64,000 bases of DNA from Methanocaldococcus sp. 28A (GTDB lineage: Archaea > AGJL01 > Methanococci > Methanococcales > Methanocaldococcaceae). The notes under the pieces were generated by a model. The model saw nothing but the letters and a program-made list of their open reading frames with translations, searched no databases and was not told the origin of the DNA. A program made the position numbers and the translations under genes. Location: assembly GCA_049852185.1 (NCBI GenBank), contig CP187540.1; one strand, given 5' to 3'. This document shows, piece by piece, positions 44,073-54,835 of the stretch. Position 1 is the stretch's first letter, and every line of letters starts with the position of its first letter.

Positions 44073-45806
44073 ATGGAAAAAGATATCTATGAAAAGATTA
44101 TGGATTTAGCAAAAAGAAGGGGATATTTATGGAGCTCATTTGAAATCTATGGAGGAATTGCTGGATTTGTTGATTATGGTCCATTAGGTTGTTTATTAAA
44201 AAACAACATTATATCAAAATTTAGAGAGCAGTATATTGTTAAAGAAGGGTTTTATGAGATTGAGAGTCCAACAGTAACACCTTATGAAGTTTTAAAGGCA
44301 TCTGGGCACGTTGATAACTTTACAGACCCAATTGTTGAGTGTAAAAACTGTTTAGAGTCTTTTAGAGCTGACCATTTAATTGAAGAGTTTGTAGATGTAG
44401 ATACTGAAGGGAAGACTTTGAAAGAATTAGAAGAGCTCATTAGAAAACATGATATAAGATGTCCAAAATGTGGAGGAGAGCTTGGAGAGGTTAAAAAATT
44501 CAACTTGATGTTTGTCACATCTATAGGGCCAGGAGGAAAGAGAACTGGTTATATGAGACCTGAAACAGCACAGGGAATATTTATTCAATTTAGAAGGTTA
44601 GCCCAATTTTTTAGAAACAAGTTGCCTTTTGGTGTTGTTCAAATTGGTAAGAGCTATAGAAATGAAATTTCACCAAGGCAGGGAGTTATTAGATTGAGAG
44701 AATTCACTCAAGCAGAGATTGAATACTTTGTCCATCCAGAAAGAAAAGAGCATGAAAAATTTGATTTAGTTAAGGATGAAGTAGTTCCATTACTGCCAGC
44801 TGATAGGCAGATGGACGAAAACTTAAAAGATGAAGAAAAGATAATCAAAATGAGCATTGGAGAGGCTGTTGAGAAAGGAATTATAAGACATCAAACAATT
44901 GCCTACTTTATAGCTTTAACAAAGAGATTTTTAGAGGATATTGGAATTGATAAAGATAAAATTAGATTCAGACAGCACTTGCCAAATGAGATGGCTCACT
45001 ATGCAATTGACTGTTGGGATGCTGAGATATATACAGAAAGATTTGGATGGATTGAGTGTGTTGGAATTGCAGATAGAACAGATTATGACTTAAGAAGCCA
45101 CTCAGAACATAGTGGTGTTGAACTCTCGGTATTTGTTGAGCTTGATGAGGAAAAAGAGATTGAAACTTACGAAATAAATCTAAATTATAAAGTTGTTGGA
45201 AAGATATTTAAGAAAGATACAAAGACAATTGAGGCATATATAAACAACTTAAGTGAAAAAGAGAAAGAAGAGTTTGTTAAAAATATTGAAAAGGATGGTA
45301 AAGTAATTATAACAATTGATGGAAAAGAATTTGAGATTTTAAAAGATTATATTGAAATTAAAAAGGTTAAAAAAGTTATTAAAGGAGAGAAAGTTATTCC
45401 ACATGTTATAGAGCCTTCTTATGGAATTGATAGAATTACCTACTGTTTATTAGAACACTCTTATAGAGAGGAAGAGGATAGAGTTTATTTAAACCTAAAG
45501 CCGTCAATTGCTCCTATAAAAGCTTATGTCTTACCATTAGTTAATAAGGACGATATGCCAAAAATAGCTAAAGAAATAGAGCAAATGCTGAGAGAAAATG
45601 GCATTATAGCTGAGTATGATGACAGTGGAGCTATTGGAAGAAGATATATGAGAGCTGACGAAATAGGAGTTCCATTCTGTATAACAGTAGATGGAAAAAC
45701 ATTAGAGGATAAAACTGTAACTGTTAGGGATAGAAATACAAGAGAGCAAGTTAGAGTTAAGATAGATGAACTTGTTGATTATTTAAAAGAGAAATTAAAG
45801 GAATAA
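44073..45806 (+). CDS. glyS: Glycine--tRNA ligase
   Basis: RPETAQGIF, RNEISPRQGVIRLREFTQAE, VIEPSYGIDR, IGRRYMRADEIG. Confidence 0.97.
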   Translation: MEKDIYEKIMDLAKRRGYLWSSFEIYGGIAGFVDYGPLGCLLKNNIISKFREQYIVKEGFYEIESPTVTPYEVLKASGHVDNFTDPIVECKNCLESFRADHLIEEFVDVDTEGKTLKELEELIRKHDIRCPKCGGELGEVKKFNLMFVTSIGPGGKRTGYMRPETAQGIFIQFRRLAQFFRNKLPFGVVQIGKSYRNEISPRQGVIRLREFTQAEIEYFVHPERKEHEKFDLVKDEVVPLLPADRQMDENLKDEEKIIKMSIGEAVEKGIIRHQTIAYFIALTKRFLEDIGIDKDKIRFRQHLPNEMAHYAIDCWDAEIYTERFGWIECVGIADRTDYDLRSHSEHSGVELSVFVELDEEKEIETYEINLNYKVVGKIFKKDTKTIEAYINNLSEKEKEEFVKNIEKDGKVIITIDGKEFEILKDYIEIKKVKKVIKGEKVIPHVIEPSYGIDRITYCLLEHSYREEEDRVYLNLKPSIAPIKAYVLPLVNKDDMPKIAKEIEQMLRENGIIAEYDDSGAIGRRYMRADEIGVPFCITVDGKTLEDKTVTVRDRNTREQVRVKIDELVDYLKEKLKE

Positions 45807-45808
45807 AA

Positions 45809-46105
45809 TTATTTGTCCTTCTTCTTTTCAAATAAATTTTTTATAATCTCATTATCAATATAAAATTTGAATTCTTTTGCTTTATAAATTCTCTTTGCTC
45901 TACTTCCTTCTAAAACTAAATCACTCTCAACTAAACCTGCTTCTTCTAATTTTCTTAAATGGGCATAGACTACAGGTCTTGATAGTTCCAACTCCTTAGC
46001 TAATTCATAGATATTTTTTGGTTGTTTATTTAATATATATAGTATTTTAATCCTTATTGGATTAGACAATGCTTCTCCCATTTTTACCACATCTATCAAC
46101 TTCAT
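45809..46105 (-). CDS. ArsR family transcriptional regulator
   Basis: ALSNPIRIKIL, ELAKELELSRPVVYAHLRKLEEAGLV. Confidence 0.88.
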   Translation of the reverse strand: MKLIDVVKMGEALSNPIRIKILYILNKQPKNIYELAKELELSRPVVYAHLRKLEEAGLVESDLVLEGSRAKRIYKAKEFKFYIDNEIIKNLFEKKKDK

Positions 46106-46109
46106 AAAA

Positions 46110-46367
46110 TCACTCTATTTCCTCCCATTTCTTCTTTAACTCCTTAACAATTTCTTTTATCTCCTCAACATCCTTTTCTATTTTTATAAGCTTTTCATTG
46201 TCTATTGAACTTGATTGCTTTTTTAATGGAGAAATTATCATATACATTATAACCGCAACAATTACTACAAAAATAATCATCCAGAGAATGCTATAAAATG
46301 GACTTATAGCAACTCCCTCGCTACCTACATAATGTACTCCAAAACCCATTGGCATAAATCCCACCAT
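46110..46367 (-). CDS. Small membrane protein with C-terminal coiled coil
   Basis: One TM followed by a heptad-like helix; co-oriented with the ArsR gene. Confidence 0.7.
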   Translation of the reverse strand: MVGFMPMGFGVHYVGSEGVAISPFYSILWMIIFVVIVAVIMYMIISPLKKQSSSIDNEKLIKIEKDVEEIKEIVKELKKKWEEIE

Positions 46368-46497
46368 ATAAACTTTTAAAAATTATTAGATTAAAATTAT
46401 TAGATTTCAGCAAAATTAGATTTTCATTTAACAGAAGATAAATATTTTATTGAATTCTTTGTTTTGAGAAATATTTAATTTATTTTTATTTTAGTTA

Positions 46498-47748
46498 TTA
46501 ATTAATTATCTCACCATTAAACACTATAGAAGGAGATATTAACTTACCCCTCTGCTCAACGTCATTTAATGGTATAGCCTCTTTAAACATCTCAAATATA
46601 TTTCCTCCAAACATTCCTTTTTTGATTGGGATTATATCTCCATTCTTATATAAATATGAGTTTTGTATTTCTACAGCAAAATCTCCAGTTATTGGGTTTG
46701 ATGTATGAGAGCCTATTACTCCATTAATATATACATATTCATCAAAATCATCTAAGCTATTTTTTGTTTCTTCAATGATAAAGTTTGTTGGTGAAATATA
46801 TGGTAGAGAGTTATAACTTCTTGAACAATTTCCTGTTGAGTTTTTTCCTTCTTTATTAGCTCTCTTTATATCATACAAATAATTTTTTAGAACACCACCT
46901 TCAACTAAAACTGTTCTCTGCGTTGGAACACCTTCACCATCACACTTTGAAGAGTAGAGAGCATAATCTAAAGTTCCATCATCAATTATTGTTATATTTT
47001 CACTAAAAATCTGTTCTCCAATTTTTCCTTTTAAAATGCTTCTATCTCTTTGTACGTTTTCAGCACTGAATGCTGGCATTAATGTATAGGATAACAAATC
47101 ATACAATGCCCTTGGTGATAAAACTATATTTCCTTTGTATGAAATAGCTTTTCCATTTACTGACTTTTTAGCTAAATCTAATGCTTTATAGCTAATTTCT
47201 TCAACATCAAAAATATTATGCTTTGTTCTACATTCATAAGATGTTTCTCCATTATACATTATAGATATTGATGCAGAGAAATACGTGTCTTGTTCTTCAA
47301 TATCCACACCATTTGAATTTATTAATCTTGCATATCCAATTTCCTTAGAAATTCCTCCACTTAAAACAATTGCATTATTATCTAAGGCGGTATTTCTCAT
47401 AGTTATTAAGCTTTCTAACAATTTTTCTTCATCTAAATCTAAAATTTCTTTATAAAACATCCCTTTTGGCTCTTTGTATTTTTGCGGTTCAGCAAATTTA
47501 GTATATTTATCCTCAACCAAATTTTTCATGGCTTTATAGACAATATTTTCATCAAATTTGTTTGAATAAGCGAAACCAACCTTTCCATCCTTTATAACCC
47601 TAACTCCAATACCATAGGAAATTCCTGTCTGAAAACTATCTACACTTTTTCCATCTAAATCAACACTTACGTCATAAGATTTAACAAAAAGAACTTCAGT
47701 TTCAAATCCTTCTCTCTCTCCAATTTTTATTAATTTCTCTAAATCCAT
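46498..47748 (-). CDS. TldD/PmbA family protein (PmbA-like)
   Basis: GIGVRVIKDGKVGFA, DGEGVPTQ, STGN, NPITGDFAV. Confidence 0.9.
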   Translation of the reverse strand: MDLEKLIKIGEREGFETEVLFVKSYDVSVDLDGKSVDSFQTGISYGIGVRVIKDGKVGFAYSNKFDENIVYKAMKNLVEDKYTKFAEPQKYKEPKGMFYKEILDLDEEKLLESLITMRNTALDNNAIVLSGGISKEIGYARLINSNGVDIEEQDTYFSASISIMYNGETSYECRTKHNIFDVEEISYKALDLAKKSVNGKAISYKGNIVLSPRALYDLLSYTLMPAFSAENVQRDRSILKGKIGEQIFSENITIIDDGTLDYALYSSKCDGEGVPTQRTVLVEGGVLKNYLYDIKRANKEGKNSTGNCSRSYNSLPYISPTNFIIEETKNSLDDFDEYVYINGVIGSHTSNPITGDFAVEIQNSYLYKNGDIIPIKKGMFGGNIFEMFKEAIPLNDVEQRGKLISPSIVFNGEIIN

Positions 47749-47779
47749 ATTCTCACCTAAATAATATTATATTAGAGCA

Positions 47780-47870
47780 AGAGTGTGCCTAAAATCTATA
47801 CTAACTAAATCAGTATTTTCGAACATCCTAAAATAAATAGGGAAGAGAGCGTTTCTAAAATCGAGTAATA
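47780..47870 (+). mobile_element. Two solo left ends of the IS at 54037-54827
   Basis: AGAGTGTGCCTAAAATC and AGAGCGTTTCTAAAATCGAGTAATA match the left TIR AGCGTGTGTCTAAAATCGAGTAATA. Confidence 0.65.
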
Positions 47871-48076
47871 TGTATGGAGGCTGGAAGGTTATCCGCTACA
47901 ATTGTTTCAATTGTTCCAAAAGTAGTAGCGAAAAACCAGAACGGTATGTCTAATACATATCTAGAAATGTATTTAAACGTAATAATAATATAAAAATTTA
48001 ATTAATATATTTTTTACTTTATAACAATTCAACATTTTTAAATCAAAATAAAATCAAAAAAAGTAAAGGAATTAAA

Positions 48077-48120
48077 TAGAACTTTTTGAAATTTAATAGT
48101 ATTAAAGTGTGAAAGTTCTA
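48077..48120. mobile_element. 44-bp micro-element with IS701-like termini
   Basis: TAGAACTTT...AAAGTTCTA inverted termini, flanked by TTAAA direct repeats. Confidence 0.6.
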
Positions 48121-48810
48121 TTAAATCAGTCCTAAAGCATCTTCAATCATTAAAAGCTCTGGTCCTGTAGTGTCACCACCAACTACAGCACCTTTAGAGT
48201 TTGCAATAATACAAGCTCCAACAGAAGTCGTTCCTTTATTAGCTGTTCCTTTACCAATATATTCTACTTTAAACAAGTTTTTTAAAAATTCAAGTTCTTC
48301 ATCTTCAACTAATGGATGAGTCAAACATCCTTTATTTGTTACCACCGCATTACTTCCAACAGTTGGAAGCTCAGCAATAGTATCAATTTCAACTTCAACA
48401 TTTAAAGCATCTTCAATATCTTTCTTAAAATCTTTTAACTCTGGAGATATTAAAGCTCCTTTATCATTAGTTAATATTAAGTTACCTAATGCTGTATTTT
48501 TTGATTTTATGATTTCAACATTTAAATCTAAGTTATTTTCCTTCAAGAAATTTTTTATTTTGTTTAATTCTTTATCATCAGCTATTTTTGGTAATAATAG
48601 ACCATATTTATTTGCTGCTGATAAAGAACCAACTAATGAACTACCTCCAATATTAATTTGAAAGCATTTAGTTTTTAAAACTTCAGACACTTCATTAACA
48701 TCATTTTTATCAAGAAAAATCGGTAATAGGGTAATTTCTTCAGTAGTTAATGCCAATACACCAATTGTAGAAATTCCTGAAAAGTATTTTTTTATAATCA
48801 TAGACATCAC
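48121..48810 (-). CDS. eif6: Translation initiation factor aIF-6
   Basis: IGGSSLVGSL, TALGNLILTND, TVGSNAVVTNKG, GTANKG, TTGPEL. Confidence 0.95.
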   Translation of the reverse strand: MMSMIIKKYFSGISTIGVLALTTEEITLLPIFLDKNDVNEVSEVLKTKCFQINIGGSSLVGSLSAANKYGLLLPKIADDKELNKIKNFLKENNLDLNVEIIKSKNTALGNLILTNDKGALISPELKDFKKDIEDALNVEVEIDTIAELPTVGSNAVVTNKGCLTHPLVEDEELEFLKNLFKVEYIGKGTANKGTTSVGACIIANSKGAVVGGDTTGPELLMIEDALGLI

Positions 48811-48919
48811 ATGGTTTAGATTTAAATTTAGGTCTTATATCTTAAATTGAACTTTGATTCCTTTAGGAATCTATATTCAATAAAAAATTTATTCCTACGG
48901 AAGGTCCTATTTATATTAT

Positions 48920-49171
48920 TTACTCTGCAAGTGTTGCTATAACAACTTTTCCATCTTTAACAGCTTTAACTCTAACTCTTGCTGGTGGTTTTTGAATTCC
49001 TCTTTCCCAAATCTTTTCATTTAATTCGTTGTCTATTTTAACAATTTCTGCTTTCATGTGTCTCATTAAAAACTTTTTTATTTTCTTTATAGCTCTTGGA
49101 GCTCTCTTAGTTCTAACTGATTTGTTTATAACATCTCTCAATGGGATTGTATATATTCTCTCATCCATCAT
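48920..49171 (-). CDS. rpl31e: 50S ribosomal protein L31e
   Basis: [33 protein letters not shown]. Confidence 0.95.
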   Translation of the reverse strand: MMDERIYTIPLRDVINKSVRTKRAPRAIKKIKKFLMRHMKAEIVKIDNELNEKIWERGIQKPPARVRVKAVKDGKVVIATLAE

Positions 49172-49452
49172 AAACACCTCCAAAATAGTTAGATTAAATA
49201 ATTATTCCTACCTTAGAGATATTAAAATGGATATTTAAAGATTACGGTAATCATTGAAATTTTGTGATATCTTGAAATTATTCTAATGGAAGTTCTTATG
49301 TGTTCATAGAACTTTCGCAGGATAACTATAATACCTAATGGTATCAAAGTTACACAATCATGACATAAACTTTTTATATTTTCTTTTAAATAGTTACTAT
49401 CATGATTCATTACTTGTTTATCCTTAGAAACCCATATAGTTATTATATTATA

Positions 49453-49512
49453 TGGCGGATGATGAACGGAGTAGCTGCTGAGCTGTGATGAGTGATGGGC
49501 GAACTGACGCCA
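49453..49512 (+). ncRNA. Box C/D 2'-O-methylation guide sRNA
   Basis: Terminal stem TGGCG/CGCCA, C box ATGATGA, D' CTGA, C' GTGATGA, D CTGA, two 12-nt guides, T-rich tract downstream. Confidence 0.9.
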
Positions 49513-49613
49513 CTTTTATTTTTTATTTTAAACATATTAATCAATATATTTAAAACATTTAAACCTATTTTAATTTTTATGATAAAGATTTTTATATTTT
49601 TTTGCTTATTTTA

Positions 49614-49723
49614 TAGTTGTGTGCAAAATAAAATAAACTTTTATAAGGACAATTTGAATGCCTTCTTTAAGGAAGGCATTCATTAATACCTTATTTTAAT
49701 TAAGATAGTTTTGCACACAACTA
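49614..49723. mobile_element. 110-bp MITE copy
   Basis: Perfect TIRs, TA flanks, GAATGCCTTC...GAAGGCATTC hairpin. Confidence 0.9.
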
Positions 49724-49762
49724 TAATTTCTAGGAATATTAAAAATAATCTAAGGTGGAATA

Positions 49763-51016
49763 ATGGATATTGGGGATATTATAAGAGTAGAAACAGATAA
49801 AGGGATTTTTGAAGGTATCTTATTGCCCTCAACAGATGAAAACATTATAACAATAAAGATGAAAAACGGTTATAACGTTGGAATATTGAAAGAAAATGTA
49901 ATAAATATAGAGGTTATTGCTAAAGGGGAAAAGCCAAAGTATGAACTGCCCCCTCTAAATATTAAAAAGAATGAAAAATTAAAAACAATCTCTATTTTAT
50001 CTACTGGGGGAACAGTAGCCTCAAAGGTTGACTATAAAACAGGGGCTGTTCATCCTTCTTTTACAGCAGATGATTTAATTAGGGCTGTGCCAGAGCTTTT
50101 AGATATTGCCAATATAAAAGGAAGAGCTGTAATGAACATATTAAGCGAAAATATGAAGCCAGAGTATTGGAAAAAGATGGCTGAAGAGATAAAGAAAGAG
50201 ATAGAAGATGGGGCTGATGGAATTGTTATAGCTCATGGAACAGATACTATGAGTTATACTGCAGCAGCATTATCATTTATGGTTAAAGCAGAAGTTCCAA
50301 TAATTTTGGTTGGAGCTCAGAGAAGTAGTGATAGACCTTCTTCAGACGCTGCTCTAAACTTAATAAGTGCTGTTTTAGCTGCAACAGAAAATATTAAAGG
50401 AGTTTATGTTGTTATGCATGGGGAGAGTGGAGATACATTCTGCTATTTACATAAAGGAGTTAAGGTTAGAAAATGCCATTCTTCAAGAAGAGATGCATTT
50501 AAATCTATAAATTCAATACCAGTAGCTAAGATTAATCCATTTACAAAAGAAGTTATTTATTTGCAAGAAGTGGAAAAATCAGATGGTAGCAAAAAGGTAG
50601 ATATAAACACTAATTTAGAAGAAAAAGTAGCTTTAATAAAAATTTATCCTGGAATGGATGGAGAGATTATTAAATTCTATGTTGATAAAGGCTATAAAGG
50701 AATTGTTTTAGAAGGGACTGGTTTGGGACATGCTCCAGAGTATATATTTGAAGATATAAAGTATGCGATAGATAAGGGAGTTGTCGTTATTATGGCAACA
50801 CAAACAATAAATGGAAGAGTAAATATGAATGTCTATTCAAATGGAAGAGAATTACAGAAATTAGGAGTTATTGGTTGTGAAGATATGACTCCAGAAGTTG
50901 CTTTGGTTAAATTAATGTATCTCTTAGGAAATTATGAGCCAGAAGAAGTTAAAAGATTAATTAATAAGAATTTAGTTGGAGAAATTGAATATAGAAGTAG
51001 GTTTGATGCATATTAA
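49763..51016 (+). CDS. gatD: Glu-tRNA(Gln) amidotransferase subunit D
   Basis: [39 protein letters not shown]. Confidence 0.96.
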   Translation: MDIGDIIRVETDKGIFEGILLPSTDENIITIKMKNGYNVGILKENVINIEVIAKGEKPKYELPPLNIKKNEKLKTISILSTGGTVASKVDYKTGAVHPSFTADDLIRAVPELLDIANIKGRAVMNILSENMKPEYWKKMAEEIKKEIEDGADGIVIAHGTDTMSYTAAALSFMVKAEVPIILVGAQRSSDRPSSDAALNLISAVLAATENIKGVYVVMHGESGDTFCYLHKGVKVRKCHSSRRDAFKSINSIPVAKINPFTKEVIYLQEVEKSDGSKKVDINTNLEEKVALIKIYPGMDGEIIKFYVDKGYKGIVLEGTGLGHAPEYIFEDIKYAIDKGVVVIMATQTINGRVNMNVYSNGRELQKLGVIGCEDMTPEVALVKLMYLLGNYEPEEVKRLINKNLVGEIEYRSRFDAY

Positions 51017-51039
51017 TCATTAAAAAATTTGGTGATAAA

Positions 51040-52935
51040 ATGAAGATAGACTATGAAAAAATCGGTTTAAAAGTTGGATTAGAGATTCATCAACAGTTAA
51101 ATACAAAGAGAAAGTTATTCTGCCACTGTCCTACAATTTTAAGAGATGATGAACCAGATGGAGAGATTGTTAGAGTTCTAAGACCTTCGTTGAGTGAGAT
51201 GGGAGAAGTTGATAGAGCGGCTTTAATAGAGGCAAGGAAAGGGAAGAGATTCATTTATCAATATTACAATAACACAACTTGTTTAGTTGAGTTAGATGAA
51301 GAGCCCCCTCATTTACCAAGTGAAGAGGCATTAAAGATAGCGTTAGAAGTGGCTTTATTGATGAATATGAATATAGTTGATGTTGCATACACAATGAGAA
51401 AGATAGTTATTGATGGCTCTAACACATCTGGTTTCCAAAGGACTATATTTTTAGCAAGAGATGGATATATAGAAACATCTGAAGGTAAAGTAGGGATAAC
51501 AAGCTTATGTTTAGAGGAAGACGCGGCAAGAAAGATAGAAGATAGAGGAGATGCTATAGTTTATAACTTAGATAGGTTAGGAATTCCATTGGTAGAAATT
51601 TCAACAGCTCCTGATATAAAAAGTCCTAAAATGGCTAAAGAAGCGGCTAGAAGAATTGGGGAAATATTGAGAGCTACTGGAAAGGTTAAGAGGGGTTTAG
51701 GAACGATAAGGCAAGATATAAATATATCAATTAAAGATGGAGCAAGAATAGAGGTTAAAGGTGTTCAAGACTTAGATTTAATTGAAAAGGTTGTAGAGAA
51801 TGAAGTTATAAGACAACTAAACTTATTAAAGATTAGAGATGAATTAAGAGAAAGAAATGCAGCAGTTGTTGAGAAGATATTTGATGTTACAGAAATATTT
51901 AAAGATTGTAAATCAAAAATTATACAAAACGCTTTAAAGAAAAAGAATGGAAAGGTTAAGGCAGTTTTATTAAAAGGATTTACTGGTTTAGTTGGTAGAG
52001 AGATTCAACCAGGAAGAAGATTAGGAACAGAATTTTCAGATAGAGCTAAGGTTATAGCTGGAGTTGGAGGAATATTCCACACAGATGAATTGCCAAAGTA
52101 TGGTATTACAGAGGAAGATGTTAAAAAACTTAGAGAATTTTTAAATTCAAAGGAAGAAGATGCCATAGTTATAGTTGCAGATGAAGAAAGTAAAGTAGAT
52201 AAAGCATTAGAAGCTGTAATAGAGAGGGCTAAAGAGGCATTAATTGGAGTTCCTGAAGAGACGAGAAGAGCTTTAGAGGATGGAAACACTGCATATTTAA
52301 GACCTCTACCTGGAGCTGCAAGGATGTATCCAGAAACAGATATACCACCAATAACTATAAAGAAAGAGTTTATAGAAGAGATTAAAGCTAATCTGCCAGA
52401 GCTTCCAGAGGAGAAGTTTGAGAGATTTAAGAAAGAATATAAATTAAATGATGAATTAGCTAAAAAGATGGTTTTAAGCTATTATGTTGATTTATTTGAA
52501 GAGCTATGTAAGAAATTTAAAAATATTAAGCCTTCATTGATAGCTACAACATTAGAAAATACATTGAAAGAAATTAAAAGAGAAGGATATAATATTGATA
52601 AATTAGAAGATAAACACTTTGAAGAAACATTTAAAGCTTTATCTGAAGGAAAAATAGCTAAAGAGGGAATTATTGAAGTTTTAAAAGGATTTTGTGAGCA
52701 TCCAGATAAAGGTATAGATGAGATATTAGAGATTAAAGGGCTGAAAGGATTATCAAAAGAAGACGTTGAGAAAATAATAGAAGATATTATTAAAAAACAT
52801 TTAGATGTGGTTAAAGAAAAAGGAGAAAAAGCTTATGGATTTTTAATGGGTAGATGCATGGCTAAGTTGAGAGGAAAAGCTGATGGAAAGCTGGTTAATG
52901 ATATATTAAGGAAAAAGTTAAAGGAATGTTCGTAA
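51040..52935 (+). CDS. gatE: Glu-tRNA(Gln) amidotransferase subunit E
   Basis: GLEIHQQL, IDGSNTSGFQRT, RGLGTIRQD, RPLPGAARMYPETD. Confidence 0.96.
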   Translation: MKIDYEKIGLKVGLEIHQQLNTKRKLFCHCPTILRDDEPDGEIVRVLRPSLSEMGEVDRAALIEARKGKRFIYQYYNNTTCLVELDEEPPHLPSEEALKIALEVALLMNMNIVDVAYTMRKIVIDGSNTSGFQRTIFLARDGYIETSEGKVGITSLCLEEDAARKIEDRGDAIVYNLDRLGIPLVEISTAPDIKSPKMAKEAARRIGEILRATGKVKRGLGTIRQDINISIKDGARIEVKGVQDLDLIEKVVENEVIRQLNLLKIRDELRERNAAVVEKIFDVTEIFKDCKSKIIQNALKKKNGKVKAVLLKGFTGLVGREIQPGRRLGTEFSDRAKVIAGVGGIFHTDELPKYGITEEDVKKLREFLNSKEEDAIVIVADEESKVDKALEAVIERAKEALIGVPEETRRALEDGNTAYLRPLPGAARMYPETDIPPITIKKEFIEEIKANLPELPEEKFERFKKEYKLNDELAKKMVLSYYVDLFEELCKKFKNIKPSLIATTLENTLKEIKREGYNIDKLEDKHFEETFKALSEGKIAKEGIIEVLKGFCEHPDKGIDEILEIKGLKGLSKEDVEKIIEDIIKKHLDVVKEKGEKAYGFLMGRCMAKLRGKADGKLVNDILRKKLKECS

Positions 52936-52952
52936 TTAGTTCTACCTACTTT

Positions 52953-53969
52953 TTATCTATTGAGTAATATTGTTATATTGCTATAATATTCTCCGTTTAT
53001 ATAACTATTTACAACATTAATTTTTGCATTTGCTCCAGATACATCAATATTTGCTGAATTTATTGTTGAATTTATTATGTAAATCTTTCCTTCGTTCCAC
53101 CCACTATTACCTCCAACTGCCTTTAATGTTGCAGAATCAATATAGCAGTTTATAATATATACATTTGATGAAGACCCTCCTCCAAGACTTTTAATAATGG
53201 CGTTTGTTATATTGACTCCATAAAGATACACGTGACCATTTCCTGTTACTAATACCTTCAAATTCTCAATTTTTTTCACATTGTGGATAGTAACATTCGC
53301 CCCTCCACTGATATGGTTAAACTTTAAATAATCAACTGTTCCATTTACTGAATACTCTTCTACGTTAGAATGTCCTGCAATAGTTTTACCATGTCCATAG
53401 ATTATGTTATTTGAGTTATTGACTATCACTCCATCATTAAGAATGTATAATGTCCCATGTCCTGAAATATGTATTTTAATAAAATTAATTACTCCTCCCT
53501 TATTCTGATTATTATAATCCCCAGTATCACTCTCAGTTTCGTTAGTAGTGTTCTGTTGCTTCTGTTTATATATATTTTTATATATATTTTTACTTTCATT
53601 TATATTCTCATTTTTATTTACTTCTGTATTAGTATTTTCATATTTATTAATTAAGATGTTCTGATTATTATAATCCCCAGTATCACTCTCAGTTTCATTA
53701 GTAATGTTCTGTTGCTGCTGTTCATCTGTATTTTCACTTTCATTTAAAGCCTCTGGAACTGTATTCTCATTTTTATTAAATTGTGCCTTTTCAACAAATA
53801 AGCCCATAACATCTTTTTTAATATCTGAAGATTCATTTCCAGTGAATTTTGGGCTTTTTTCAGCTAATTGTAAAGTTACAGAAGCACCTGCAATTAATAC
53901 TCCTAAAATCAATAAAATAAACTCCAAAGATAGTTGTCCTCTTTTTTTAAAAATTGACATATACACCAC
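52953..53969 (-). CDS. Class III signal peptide (pilin-like) protein with low-complexity linker and beta-helix-like C-terminus
   Basis: KKRG|QLSLEFILLI prepilin motif; Asn/Gln/Glu-rich repeat linker. Confidence 0.8.
   Translation of the reverse strand: MVYMSIFKKRGQLSLEFILLILGVLIAGASVTLQLAEKSPKFTGNESSDIKKDVMGLFVEKAQFNKNENTVPEALNESENTDEQQQQNITNETESDTGDYNNQNILINKYENTNTEVNKNENINESKNIYKNIYKQKQQNTTNETESDTGDYNNQNKGGVINFIKIHISGHGTLYILNDGVIVNNSNNIIYGHGKTIAGHSNVEEYSVNGTVDYLKFNHISGGANVTIHNVKKIENLKVLVTGNGHVYLYGVNITNAIIKSLGGGSSSNVYIINCYIDSATLKAVGGNSGWNEGKIYIINSTINSANIDVSGANAKINVVNSYINGEYYSNITILLNR
53503..53718. repeat. ~58-bp in-frame direct repeat (two copies)
   Basis: Both copies encode QQN(I/T)TNETESDTGDYNNQN. 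Confidence 0.85.
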
Positions 53970-54036
53970 CTAATATAAAATTTTTACCTACTATTATTAT
54001 ATTTTTTTTCCAAATTTATATATTTTATCCATTTGA

Positions 54037-54827
54037 AGCGTGTGTCTAAAATCGAGTAATATTTATATATTAATATAACTACAAAATAAAAAAATATAGT
54101 AACGAAAAGATGGAACTCTAAGATATATGATATAAACGAGATATTAGAAGTTTTTTATGAGATTAGGATATTAAATTACCCAAAGGATTGAAACCAAGAA
54201 AATATACTATCGAAATATTACGTAAAGTTTCTGTTGTTAAGGAGTTTTTAGGAATATCGTTAAGAACGATGGAAAACTTGACAGAGATGTTTATTGACCA
54301 TTCAGTAATCCATTACTGGGAAAAGAAAATTCTTAGGAAGTTATGAAATTTAGATTATGAGAGGACATTTATCGACTCAACAAAGTTTTCGAATAAAGCA
54401 GGAGAATTGATAAAAATACATGCTATAACTCGTTACGATTCAGAAAATAAAACATTATTTCCAATATCTATAGGATTAGATAAATCGGACTTAGAGTTTG
54501 CTTATGGAGAGGGATATTTTTATAATTATGAGAAATACGATGACAAGGATACGCTAAATAAAATTGTTAAATTCAACTACAAGCCAATAATAAAGAAAAC
54601 GAAAAGAGGTTAAGGGCTATGGTGCTAAAATTAGGGATAAAATCTTCGATAAAAAAGAATATAATAAAAGAGGAATATGCGAGAGTTTATTCGGAGCTTT
54701 AACCAACAGATTCGGAGATAAATTGAATACTTTCTTAACATCAACTTCTATTACTCGAATCGCTATCTGGGTTTGCATATATTCTTTAATGAGGTATCGT
54801 ATGTAAGTCCTATTTTAGACACACTCT
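54037..54827 (+). mobile_element. IS5/IS982-like insertion sequence with decayed transposase
   Basis: 15-bp TIR AG(C/A)GTGTGTCTAAAA; 8-bp target duplication CCATTTGA; fragments FIDSTKF and RGICESLFGAL. Confidence 0.85.
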
Positions 54828-54835
54828 CCATTTGA

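Noticed and set aside
49222-49410. Possible rpl39e upstream of rpl31e
   Set aside because: No L39e-like basic sequence in the frames I read; the region contains an IS-like end
49492-49686. 64-aa ORF
   Set aside because: Spans the C/D sRNA 3' end, a T-rich tract and a MITE; spurious
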